From Candidatus Saccharimonadota bacterium (GTDB lineage Bacteria; Patescibacteriota; Saccharimonadia; Saccharimonadales; UBA4665), in contig CP065016.1 in the NCBI GenBank assembly GCA_016700375.1, positions 1,140,001 to 1,172,000 of the forward strand: a stretch of DNA of 32,000 bases, in the 5' to 3' direction. The position numbers were made by a program, and so were the translations under genes. Positions 15,008-23,380 of this stretch are shown here, piece after piece (position 1 is the stretch's first letter; each line of letters begins with the position of its first letter). The notes under the pieces are model-generated. The model did no database searches. It was not told where the DNA came from and saw only the letters and a list, made by a program, of their open reading frames with translations.

Positions 15008-16301
15008 ACTGATTTCCTCTATCTTTGTAATTTTCAAACATACCAAAACTTGCACAACCTGTGGAGAGTAGAACCACATCTCCTGGTTCTGCGGAGGAGC
15101 GAGCATTTGTAATGATTGCGGTCATGCTTTCGCCACCAGGTATAAAGTCGCGAAACCCAACGCGTTCAAGCGCCGCCTGGATGCGTCCGGCCTGGTCGCC
15201 TATAAGAAGCGCTTTACGAACATCGTTTGATGCAACAGCGCGTGCAAGTTCGTCGTAGGGAGCGCCCTTATCCGACCCGCCTAGGATAACTACTTTTGGC
15301 TGTGCAAAGGCCTCTATGGCGACAATGGCAGTCTCGGGCGTTGTACCGAAACTGTCATCGTAGTATTTGACACCTTCTATTTCACGCACAAATTCGAGAC
15401 GATGCTCAAGCCCTGAAAAAGTAGTCAATACACCGCGGATGGCGGTTTTTACGGTGTTGATTTCACCTGGGATTGTTGGCTGGAGGGCCTGCCAGACGGC
15501 AGTGGTAGCCGCGCAGGCATTTTGCCAGTTGTGTTTGCCCAGGAGTTTGAGCTCGCTGGTTGTACAAATTTCCGCCCCACTAATAGTAATTGTGCCGTTC
15601 TCTACAAATGCACCTGGCGTTTGAAAATATGGGATTTTTTGCCCATGGCTCTGGGAGGCTATCTCTGTAGATATTTCATTCCCCGCAAAATAAATTGCGA
15701 CATCGTCGCGATTTTGCTGCAGGAAAAGCCTTCTTTTTGCAGCCGTATAGTCGGCCATATCTGCGTGCCAGTTCAGATGCTCGGGCACAACCATAAGGCA
15801 TACCGCGATATGTGGTGAGTGCCGGACGTCGCAGAGCTGAAAACTACTGAGTTCCAGTACAACCCAGTCGTCTGGCTTAATTTCGTTTACAAACTCAAGC
15901 GGGGAACGGCCAATGTTGCCGCCCAACCAGACTGTTTTTTCGGCTGCTTCTAACATTTTTGCGGTCAGGGTTGAGGTTGTGCCTTTGCCTTTGGTACCGG
16001 TTATGCCTATGACGTTTTTGGTCGGGCACGCTCGCAGAAACTCATCCACAGCCGTCGTAATCTTGCTTTCTAAGTTCGGGTTCGCAGCCAGCAATATTGA
16101 CGGGTGTATTCCTGCGCTGCGCACAACTACATCAAACCGGTCTAAGTTTGCAAGATAGCCATCACCAAGCTGTGGCTCGTATGCTTCGGGAACCACAACC
16201 GCTGTGTTTTGGTCGCACACGGTCACGCTGTGCCCTTGCGCCGCAAAATACGCAGCGCTTACTACACCCTCTGTCGCAAAACCAACAATCGCAATCTTCA
16301 T
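14979..16301 (-). CDS. murD: UDP-N-acetylmuramoylalanine--D-glutamate ligase
   Basis: 440 aa. Mur-ligase P-loop ITGTKGKGTT, plus GLEHRLEFV and DDSFGTTPE. The 3' end overlaps murI convergently by 29 nt. Confidence 0.92.
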   Translation of the reverse strand: MKIAIVGFATEGVVSAAYFAAQGHSVTVCDQNTAVVVPEAYEPQLGDGYLANLDRFDVVVRSAGIHPSILLAANPNLESKITTAVDEFLRACPTKNVIGITGTKGKGTTSTLTAKMLEAAEKTVWLGGNIGRSPLEFVNEIKPDDWVVLELSSFQLCDVRHSPHIAVCLMVVPEHLNWHADMADYTAAKRRLFLQQNRDDVAIYFAGNEISTEIASQSHGQKIPYFQTPGAFVENGTITISGAEICTTSELKLLGKHNWQNACAATTAVWQALQPTIPGEINTVKTAIRGVLTTFSGLEHRLEFVREIEGVKYYDDSFGTTPETAIVAIEAFAQPKVVILGGSDKGAPYDELARAVASNDVRKALLIGDQAGRIQAALERVGFRDFIPGGESMTAIITNARSSAEPGDVVLLSTGCASFGMFENYKDRGNQFKQVLQSLV

Positions 16302-16327
16302 CCCTCCATTTTACCTCATTTCCCCTG

Positions 16328-16414
16328 CGTGAAAGCTCCGACCTTTCACGCTTATGCTTGCATGACTGTATCTGTTTGGCTTATATTCATGCGTGAAAGG
16401 TCGGAGCTTTCACG
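16328..16414. repeat. REP pair (two 23-bp hairpin repeats in opposite orientation) upstream of the RAYT gene
   Basis: cgtgaaagctccgacctttcacg (16328-16350) and its reverse complement cgtgaaaggtcggagctttcacg (16392-16414). Confidence 0.85.
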
Positions 16415-16416
16415 CT

Positions 16417-17055
16417 ATGGCAAGTCGAAATACGGTTCGGGAATTTACAGAAAACGCCTACTACCATGTGTACAACAGGGGTGTTGAGAAGCGGGTAATT
16501 TTCCTTGACGAGCAAGACTACACCGTGTTTCTTGGCCTCCTCAAAAAATATCTGGTAGGCGAAAACTACAATAAAGCAAATCGGCACAAAGCCGTGACCA
16601 TTGGCTCTGAAGTTCAGTTGCTGGCATATTGCTTGATGCCAAATCATTTTCACCTGTTGTTATATCAGGTTAGCCAGGAGGGTGTCGCGAAGCTCATGCG
16701 TCGGGTGACAACTGGCTACGTTATGTATTTCAATAGTCGTTATGCTCGCGTAGGCGGCCTGTTTCAGGGGCGATACAAAGCATCACACATCAATGCAGGC
16801 GCATACCTGCACCATATATCCCGTTATATCCACCTCAATCCGGAGCAGCACCAGACGTGGCCTTATTCGAGCCTCAAGTACTATCAGCGTACACAAGCAC
16901 CACCAGAGTGGCTTCATACCGAAAAGATCATTGACTTATTCCATTCGCGTCGCGAATACCTGGATTTTGTAGACGAGTACCAAGACTCAATGCGAGAACT
17001 TTCTTTGCTCAAATGGCAGCTGGCCAATAACCCAGATGATCCTGACACCCCATGA
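16417..17055 (+). CDS. REP-associated tyrosine transposase (RAYT, IS200/Y1-transposase-like)
   Basis: HUH motif LMPNHFHLLL, a downstream Tyr region (ISRYIHLNP), and flanking by REP pairs. I prefer ATG 16417 because the ORF-track GTG start lies inside a REP. Confidence 0.85.
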   Translation: MASRNTVREFTENAYYHVYNRGVEKRVIFLDEQDYTVFLGLLKKYLVGENYNKANRHKAVTIGSEVQLLAYCLMPNHFHLLLYQVSQEGVAKLMRRVTTGYVMYFNSRYARVGGLFQGRYKASHINAGAYLHHISRYIHLNPEQHQTWPYSSLKYYQRTQAPPEWLHTEKIIDLFHSRREYLDFVDEYQDSMRELSLLKWQLANNPDDPDTP

Positions 17056-17072
17056 AACTACCTCGGTAGCGC

Positions 17073-17138
17073 CGTGAAAGCTCCGACCTTTCACGCTCGA
17101 ACCGCGAACCATAACCGTGAAAGGTCGGAGCTTTCACG
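17073..17138. repeat. REP pair downstream of the RAYT gene
   Basis: The same 23-mer occurs at 17073-17095 (forward) and 17116-17138 (reverse complement). Confidence 0.85.
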
Positions 17139-17157
17139 GTTATTGGAGAGGTGGAGG

Positions 17158-17529
17158 TTAGGCGGCGAGTTCGGTTTTTACCATTTCGGCAACCTGTCGG
17201 GGGGTCATTTCTGCCTTGACAATGTAGCGACGGATGCCGAGTTCCTTTAGGTCTGGGGGTGCTTGCTCCTCACCTGAGTTTGTGAGGATGACAACCTTAA
17301 TGTCTTTACCCCAACTGGTTTTGCGGAGTTTTTTGAGCATTTCGCCGCCGTTCATTTCCGGCATCATGAGGTCTAAGAGGATGATGTTCGGTTTCATCGA
17401 TTCAGCCAGCTCCAGCCCAAGTTTGCCATTGGCAGCAGTCTCTACTATAAAGCCCTCTGCCTCAAACTTTATGCGGTACATGGTACTTATGGCTTGATCG
17501 TCTTCTACAATAGCTACTTTTTTGCTCAT
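17158..17529 (-). CDS. Receiver-only (CheY-like) response regulator
   Basis: 123 aa. VAIVEDD...IILLDLMMPEMNG...LTNS...KA, with no output domain. TATAAT lies 7 nt before the ATG. Confidence 0.9.
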   Translation of the reverse strand: MSKKVAIVEDDQAISTMYRIKFEAEGFIVETAANGKLGLELAESMKPNIILLDLMMPEMNGGEMLKKLRKTSWGKDIKVVILTNSGEEQAPPDLKELGIRRYIVKAEMTPRQVAEMVKTELAA

Positions 17530-17570
17530 ACTTTGTATTATACAATACGGCCAAAATTATTGCCGAACGA

Positions 17571-18737
17571 CCTGACCCACACTCACTTTTTTCCTCCTCC
17601 CCGTACATGAGCCACCGGTATCGGTGGTAGCAGCGGCGTACGTAGTAGCCGTTGCATATACTCCCAGGCTTGCTTGAACCAGCTCAGTCGTTTCTTGGGA
17701 TGAATCTTCTGCTGTTGTTTTGGTAGTACTTTGACCGCATAGCGCCACAGTAACCACCAACCGAGGAAGACAAACAGCAGCAAGTTACGGATGACTTGTG
17801 GTTTTCTGACTCGTTGCCACTCCAATCGTTGCAACCACTTCACATCCTTGAAGGCTTCTTCAATTTCGAACCTTTCTGCGTAACGGTTCAGGACTTGTCT
17901 TCTGGTGAGGGCCTCTGTTCCCTCGCTCGGTAGGTTGGTCAACAAAAACCAGGGCTCCGGATCCTTCATGTTCGGATTGTAATCCGAACGAATAAGTCGG
18001 AGCTTATGTGTATGGTACGTGATGGGTAATTCCTCATGACTAATGTCATGGATGGGTTCCTTCCACCAGCTGGGATCCCAGGGAAGCTGAACGAGCTTGT
18101 CGCTCTTGGTACGAGCGATGAAGTGCACATCGTACAGGGCAAACAAAGTGAACAGTTTGTCACTAGCAAACCAGCGATCCATGACAAGTACCAGTTGCAG
18201 ATCTGGTGCATTAACTTGAAGGAAATGGAACAGTCCCTCCAGCGCCACTAGAAGTGGCGCAATGAGAGCTGCTTCGCTGAGGTTCACCTGACACCAAATG
18301 GGTATAGCTCGACCCTTGCGATGCGACACCGCCAAGATGGCGATACAAAACGGGCCGAATTGAGAGTGGTCCAGAGAGCAGTACCACCGACCAGTATGCG
18401 AAGCTAACGCTTCGCTAACCAACAATCGCTGCAAGCGCACTGGCAGTTCCTCGTCAGTAACTAACCGACGAATGCGGTTTTCTCCAGTCCAGCGATTCAG
18501 CCCAAGCGTTCGACCAGCAGCGTTGAGCGAACAGAACTCCTGAAGGGAAAACTGTTCAACTCCGAGGAAGAAGCGACGAGCCTTAGCTTTTGGGATGTAT
18601 GTCGCACGCAGCCGCTTTACAGCAGTTGCCATCTTTTGTAGTGTAGTCATTAGAAAACGACCTTTCTGTTTTAGCTTTTGTAACCAAAACTGTAGGGTCG
18701 TTTTTGTTATGTGTCAAAAAAGTGAGTGTGGGTCAGG
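17571..18737 (-). mobile_element. Intact IS4-family insertion sequence (1167 bp)
   Basis: 22-bp terminal inverted repeats: CCTGACCCACACTCACTTTTTT at 17571-17592 and its complement at 18716-18737. Flanked by direct CCGAACGA (17563-17570 and 18738-18745). Single DDE ORF. Confidence 0.85.
17583..18650 (-). CDS. IS4-family DDE transposase
   Basis: 355 aa. YAERFEIEEAFKDVK fits the IS4 Y-(2)-R-(3)-E-(6)-K signature exactly. Upstream Asp candidates are LDHS and VMDRWF. Confidence 0.88.
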   Translation of the reverse strand: MTTLQKMATAVKRLRATYIPKAKARRFFLGVEQFSLQEFCSLNAAGRTLGLNRWTGENRIRRLVTDEELPVRLQRLLVSEALASHTGRWYCSLDHSQFGPFCIAILAVSHRKGRAIPIWCQVNLSEAALIAPLLVALEGLFHFLQVNAPDLQLVLVMDRWFASDKLFTLFALYDVHFIARTKSDKLVQLPWDPSWWKEPIHDISHEELPITYHTHKLRLIRSDYNPNMKDPEPWFLLTNLPSEGTEALTRRQVLNRYAERFEIEEAFKDVKWLQRLEWQRVRKPQVIRNLLLFVFLGWWLLWRYAVKVLPKQQQKIHPKKRLSWFKQAWEYMQRLLRTPLLPPIPVAHVRGGGKK

Positions 18738-18745
18738 CCGAACGA

Positions 18746-18895
18746 CCTGACCCACACTCACTTTTTGAATGTCATCCTGAGCGAAGCCGAAAGATCCCGT
18801 CTGATGTACGCCTAACGAGATCCCTCCACGGAGTTTACCCCGTACTTGATACGGGGGTCGGGATGACACAGGAGTAAAAAGTGAGTGTGGGTCAG
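18746..18895. mobile_element. 150-bp MITE sharing the IS4-element termini
   Basis: Starts with cctgacccacactcactttttg and ends with aaaaagtgagtgtgggtcag. The interior is a TGTCATCCTGAGCGAAG...GGGATGACA palindrome (18770-18868). It is followed by a third CCGAACGA (18896-18903). Confidence 0.7.
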
Positions 18896-18926
18896 CCGAA
18901 CGACAACCTTCGTTATTGCTATTACC

Positions 18927-19313
18927 CTAAGTGTGCTTTGGGAGGCGCAGAACTTCTCGGACAACGTCCACTACCTGTGAAGGTGTATAGTGAGCTTTTA
19001 CGATGTAGCGATCGACGTGTAAAAAGCGCAGAGAAGAGGGTGCTTCGTCCCGACTCAAGTTCGTCAGGATGATCACTCGCATGGAGGCTCCCCAATCTTG
19101 AGCGCGTACCTTCGCCAGCAGCTCCTCGCCCTGCATGCCGGGCATACGGAGATCTAGCAAAACTACATCTGGCTGTTCATTTTTGAGCAACCTGTACCCA
19201 GCCGCTCCATCGCCAGCGGTCAAAACAGTAAAACCCTCAAGCCGAAATTTTGTCTCGTACAGTCGCCGAATCGCAACCTCGTCCTCAACAACCGCAATCT
19301 TTACAGATGCCAT
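18927..19313 (-). CDS. Receiver-only (CheY-like) response regulator
   Basis: MASVKIAVVEDE...VVLLDLRMPGMQG...LTNL...KA; a paralog of 17158-17529. I prefer the ATG at 19313. Confidence 0.88.
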   Translation of the reverse strand: MASVKIAVVEDEVAIRRLYETKFRLEGFTVLTAGDGAAGYRLLKNEQPDVVLLDLRMPGMQGEELLAKVRAQDWGASMRVIILTNLSRDEAPSSLRFLHVDRYIVKAHYTPSQVVDVVREVLRLPKHT

Positions 19314-19346
19314 ATGATGTAATACTAACATAACTCTTACCCGGCA

Positions 19347-19375
19347 TTGATTTTATGAGGGATTTTTGCTAGTAT
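19347..19375 (+). promoter_or_regulatory. Sigma-70-like promoter (TTGATT-17-TAGTAT) with no ORF downstream
   Basis: Hexamers at 19347-19352 and 19370-19375 with a 17-nt spacer. The next feature downstream is the hairpin terminator at 19405-19447. Confidence 0.3.
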
Positions 19376-19404
19376 CGTAGAGAAAGTACATTTTGAAATA
19401 AGCG

Positions 19405-19447
19405 CAACGTAAACTCGACCAGGTCGAATGTTTACGTTGTGTTTTTA
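19405..19447 (+). terminator. Rho-independent terminator-like hairpin in a divergent intergenic region
   Basis: CAACGTAAAC...GTTTACGTTG forms a 10-bp stem with an inner tcgacc/ggtcga stem, followed by TGTTTTTATTT. Confidence 0.55.
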
Positions 19448-19471
19448 TTTGGAAATTTAAATAATACATTA

Positions 19472-19500
19472 TTGACCTATTACATAATAAATGATATTAT
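19472..19500 (+). promoter_or_regulatory. Sigma-70-like promoter (TTGACC-17-TATTAT) for the 19510 gene
   Basis: The -10 hexamer ends 9 nt before the ATG and there is no Shine-Dalgarno sequence, implying a leaderless or near-leaderless mRNA. Confidence 0.5.
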
Positions 19501-19509
19501 TACACGAGT

Positions 19510-20877
19510 ATGATACAAACTTTTGAATCAGGTACCACAAATATGCCTTCTATTTGCCCGGAAGGGCACGTACCTAGTTATTTGCCTAGATACCCAGGGG
19601 GTGAACACCTTAAAAAAATGGAAAAAGCCGGCTCATTGCTCATTAGCCAGGGTCGTGCTACCGATGAAGATGTTGCAAGATCGCTGGCTTTTACCGAGCG
19701 TGCGCATGATGTTTATGCTGGCCGGGAAGAGCCTGATAGTGCCGGAAGCTTTGTATTCGCCGTGCCCACTCGGGTTACGCGCGGAAATGGACATCTATAC
19801 CCAAGCGAGATAACACCGTTTTTGCCCATGGTGAAGCAATGTAGCGGGCGGGAGATGCTGTATCTTCTTGACGATATGCCGCCAAGCGTAATCGAGTCAT
19901 ATGCACCAGACGGCACTGGTAGGCAGGGACACGTTCTTTTCGTGCCACTATTTGGTGATATTGTTGGTGATATGCAGCGAATCCCCAGAAAATTCCTCGG
20001 GAATCGAGGAGTGGAAGTAGGCAATAAGGTTGCAGGGCTGATTGCTCTTACTGTCATCAACCAAGCCGCCTCTTTCGCAAAAAAAAGACTCGGTGCTGAG
20101 GTAATGGGGCTTGGGGCTGTACTTCCAGCTTTAACTGACTATGGCAGAAGGATACGCGTAAATGGGCTTACGACTACAACAGGTCACGGCGGGACAGTCG
20201 CTCTGATAGGAGGCACCGTTGACAAAGTAATAGAGGATACCGGCCTATCAAAAGATAAGATAGGCGTAATTGGCAGCGCAGGCTCGATTGGAAGGTCAAG
20301 TCTGGCGCTATTGCTCCAGAAATACCCGTCAACGAAATTTATTGTTCACGATGTGAGGACAATGGAGCGTGTGATGAATTCTCTGAGTCCCACTGACAAG
20401 GCAAGAGTATACGTAGCGGGTGCAATCGATGGCGTCTTTAGTGAATCTAATGTGGTCGTGTCTGCAATAACAAGTACAGTTAATTTTGCTCGAGATTTTC
20501 CTGCAATTGATTTATCGAAGAAAGTAATCATTGACGACAGTCAGCCAGGGGCATTTGACAGAGACGAAGTTGAGTCGCGTGGAGGAAAAGTGGTGTGGGT
20601 GGTAGGGGACGACACTAGCACCGATAGAACGACGACGCGGCTTGGAGGCTATCTTTTCGGTGATCATACTGGTCTTATGACTGATTCAAATGTTTGGGGA
20701 TGTGAAGCTGAAGCGGCAGCCATAGCGAGGACTGGACGATATGACCTAGCCTTACGATCGGCAGTCACACCCCAGGCGGCACAGAAAATTGGTGAGCTAC
20801 TAAAGGGTGCTGGCATAAGGGTCGCTCCCTTCCAAAGTTTTGGAAAACCAGTTGACTTGCCGGTTATCACACGATAG
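19510..20877 (+). CDS. NAD(P)-binding dehydrogenase, acyl-ACP-reductase / shikimate-DH-like fold; function unknown
   Basis: 455 aa. GLGAVLPALTDYG...TTTGHGGT...IGVIGSAGSIGRS resembles the architecture of cyanobacterial acyl-ACP reductase (ALGGFTSI...TTGNTHT...VGATGDIGSA). I do not recognise the N-terminal ~150 aa. Confidence 0.5.
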   Translation: MIQTFESGTTNMPSICPEGHVPSYLPRYPGGEHLKKMEKAGSLLISQGRATDEDVARSLAFTERAHDVYAGREEPDSAGSFVFAVPTRVTRGNGHLYPSEITPFLPMVKQCSGREMLYLLDDMPPSVIESYAPDGTGRQGHVLFVPLFGDIVGDMQRIPRKFLGNRGVEVGNKVAGLIALTVINQAASFAKKRLGAEVMGLGAVLPALTDYGRRIRVNGLTTTTGHGGTVALIGGTVDKVIEDTGLSKDKIGVIGSAGSIGRSSLALLLQKYPSTKFIVHDVRTMERVMNSLSPTDKARVYVAGAIDGVFSESNVVVSAITSTVNFARDFPAIDLSKKVIIDDSQPGAFDRDEVESRGGKVVWVVGDDTSTDRTTTRLGGYLFGDHTGLMTDSNVWGCEAEAAAIARTGRYDLALRSAVTPQAAQKIGELLKGAGIRVAPFQSFGKPVDLPVITR

Positions 20878-20958
20878 CCATTGAACATAAAAGCTGCGCG
20901 TCAGATATAATCATTCTTTTTGTGGTACACTAGTTGTGATGTTCTTTGCGTAACAATA

Positions 20959-23127
20959 ATGCAGCCTGTCCTAATATCACTACTTGCTATCATTCCAGTA
21001 AACCTCGCGCTCGGGGCTTTGATACTATTGCGCGATCGTAAGTTACTTTCCAATATATTTTTCAGTGCATCTATATTATTTCTTTGTATTTGGGCTTTAG
21101 GTGATGCCCTTTTACTTTATGGGTCTAGTGATTTATCAATCGGGCTCGGGTCAAGACTATTCTATATTGGGCCTATGTTCACGGCGCTGTTTCTAGTGCT
21201 GTTTTCGTTGAACTTTCATTCCCAAAAACAGGTTACAATTGGTTTATTTGGAGCAGTTCTTTCTGTTGTAAGCATCGGCTTGTCCGTCGTTATTGCACTT
21301 CAGCAAACAATACTCGTCGCCGATATACATATAGCGGGTTATGGGAGGAATGTCGTTGTCGTTAACCCTAAGGGGTGGCTGGTATATACTGTCTACTTCA
21401 CTACCTATTTTGCCATCTCGTATCTCGCGCTAATTAAAAGAGCACGCAGATCTGGAGTGGTACAGAAAGTACAGCTTGAATATGTCTTTGCTGGAGTATT
21501 TCTAACGAGCATTTTTGCTTCCATTACGAATCTCGGCCTACCGTTAAGAGGGCAGACAGATTATATTTGGCTCGGGCCGCTTTTTACAATGCTCTACGTT
21601 GGCATAACGGCTATGGCTATATTACGCCACAAGCTGTTTGATATTCGCGGCTTTGTGTTGCGTGCTGGTGTTTATTCACTTACTGCTTTAATACTGGCGG
21701 TGCTATATGTTGCGCCGATTATATTATTGATGTTGGTAGTATTTGATTTGAAATTTCATATAAAAGATTTTATTATAGCTGTAATCATAGGAACCATATC
21801 GTCAACAAATTACAACAGACTGCGACAATGGTTTGATAGGACCACTAATAAAATTTTTTTCAGGGACGCATATGATCCGACGAAACTAATTGCGGAGCTA
21901 AACAAGGCTCTTGTGGCTACAATCGATCTACAGCAGTTATTAAGAGATACAACAAATCTTCTCGAGCACCATGTGCATCCTGAGTACTGTTGTTTTGTGC
22001 TCAAAGGCGTAGATAAAACAAGCCTGAGGGTCGTAGGTGATCCTTCTATTGGATCGAGGGATTTTAGCGCAGAGCGGCTAGAGCGTGCTCTGCGGCAGAT
22101 TACCGAAAATATTGTCATAACATCGTTGTTGACTGAAGAAGACTCTGGGCTCAAAACAGTTCTTCACGAGTCTGATATTTTTGCCGTAGCACGGTTGACT
22201 TCTGGACGAGGCACAAAAAAGGAGTTAATCGGCTATATGTTGCTGGGACAGCGCAAGAGCGGTAAGGGTTATGATCTGCAAGACGCACAAGTTCTAGGGG
22301 CCGTATCAAATACTTTGGTAATTGCAATGCAGAACGCACTTCATTTTGAGGAGATACAACACTTTAACACAACCCTTCGTTCCCAGGTTGAAGAGCAGAC
22401 GCGGAAGTATCGGACAGCGAACGAAAAGCTCAAAAAGCTTGATGAGACAAAAGATGAGTTCATTTCTATGGCAAGTCACCAATTGCGTACGCCCCTGACG
22501 AGCGTAAAGGGCTACCTGAGTATGGTGCTGGAGGGGGATGCTGGAGCGCTGAAGCCGCAGCAAGAAGAGCTGCTGAAGCAGTCCTACATGAGTAGTCAGC
22601 GCATGGTGAATCTTATAGCCGATCTACTGAATCTTTCACGCATTAACACGGGCAAATTTGTCATAGATGCTCAGCCTACCGACCTTCGCATGGTGATAGA
22701 CCAGGAAGTTGCACAGCTGAAAGAATCTGCCAACGCAAAAAATATCACTCTTCAGTGGGTCACGCCTACAACGTTTAGCCTGCTACCGCTGGACGAAGGC
22801 AAAATTCATCAGGTAGTAATGAACTTTGTCGACAATGCACTGTACTACACTCCCGAGGGCGGTACGATAACACTAAGCCTGACAGAGTCTGCAAATGCGG
22901 TCGAATTTAAGGTCACCGACAGCGGTATAGGGGTGCCGCGTGAACTACAGCGGCATCTTTTTTCCAAGTTCTACCGCGCCGACAACGCGCGCCGTATGCG
23001 CCCAGATGGTACGGGGCTGGGGCTATATATGGCTAAAAAAGTCGTGATTGCGCAGGGCGGCTCAATAGTGTTTGAAAGTGAAGAAGGCAAGGGAAGCACT
23101 TTTGGGTTCCGCTTCGCGAAAAGGTAG
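20959..23127 (+). CDS. Histidine kinase with an N-terminal multi-TM (7TM-type) sensor, a central GAF-like region, HisKA and HATPase_c
   Basis: About 8 hydrophobic helices in the first ~290 aa. H-box ASHQLRTPLTS, N-box FVDNALYYTPEGG, G1 DSGIGVP, G2 GTGLGLYM. I prefer ATG 20959 to the TTG at 20920. Confidence 0.9.
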   Translation: MQPVLISLLAIIPVNLALGALILLRDRKLLSNIFFSASILFLCIWALGDALLLYGSSDLSIGLGSRLFYIGPMFTALFLVLFSLNFHSQKQVTIGLFGAVLSVVSIGLSVVIALQQTILVADIHIAGYGRNVVVVNPKGWLVYTVYFTTYFAISYLALIKRARRSGVVQKVQLEYVFAGVFLTSIFASITNLGLPLRGQTDYIWLGPLFTMLYVGITAMAILRHKLFDIRGFVLRAGVYSLTALILAVLYVAPIILLMLVVFDLKFHIKDFIIAVIIGTISSTNYNRLRQWFDRTTNKIFFRDAYDPTKLIAELNKALVATIDLQQLLRDTTNLLEHHVHPEYCCFVLKGVDKTSLRVVGDPSIGSRDFSAERLERALRQITENIVITSLLTEEDSGLKTVLHESDIFAVARLTSGRGTKKELIGYMLLGQRKSGKGYDLQDAQVLGAVSNTLVIAMQNALHFEEIQHFNTTLRSQVEEQTRKYRTANEKLKKLDETKDEFISMASHQLRTPLTSVKGYLSMVLEGDAGALKPQQEELLKQSYMSSQRMVNLIADLLNLSRINTGKFVIDAQPTDLRMVIDQEVAQLKESANAKNITLQWVTPTTFSLLPLDEGKIHQVVMNFVDNALYYTPEGGTITLSLTESANAVEFKVTDSGIGVPRELQRHLFSKFYRADNARRMRPDGTGLGLYMAKKVVIAQGGSIVFESEEGKGSTFGFRFAKR

Positions 23128-23209
23128 GCGTCACAATTTCACTCTCGCCTCAGGCACGAACGCGTCGCAATCATGCCGGTTCGCCAGAGAGGCACTACAC
23201 CCACATCCC

Positions 23210-23269
23210 TGTCATCTTGAGCGAAGCCCGGCTATCCTTAGGATGGTCGGACGAAGTCGAAAGATCTCC
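23210..23269. repeat. Member of the TGTCATCTTGAGCGAAG palindromic repeat family
   Basis: tgtcatcttgagcgaagcccggctatccttaggatggtcggacgaagtcgaaagatctcc. It shares its core with 403-475 and 18770-18868. Confidence 0.5.
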
Positions 23270-23294
23270 TTCTTACGGATGCAGGCTCTCGCTC

Positions 23295-23380
23295 ACGTTC
23301 CGCGAACCCGGAACTTCACGGTGTCAGGCATAGCTTGACCCGGAAGGTTCCCTTGCGATTCGCCACCGGCGACTCTCACC
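23295..23380. ncRNA. Conserved structured block, copy B (paralog of 6958-7044)
   Basis: Shares ACGTTCCG-N6-CGGAACTTC, GCATAGCTT and GGTTCCCTTGCGA-hairpin-CTCTCACC with copy A. The surrounding ~500 nt contain perfect 8-12 bp hairpins and no credible ORF. Confidence 0.3.

Noticed and set aside
16328-17138. Repeated 23-mers as a possible mini-CRISPR array.
   Set aside because: There are only four copies, in alternating orientation, split around a RAYT gene with unequal spacers and no cas genes. This is a REP/RAYT arrangement.
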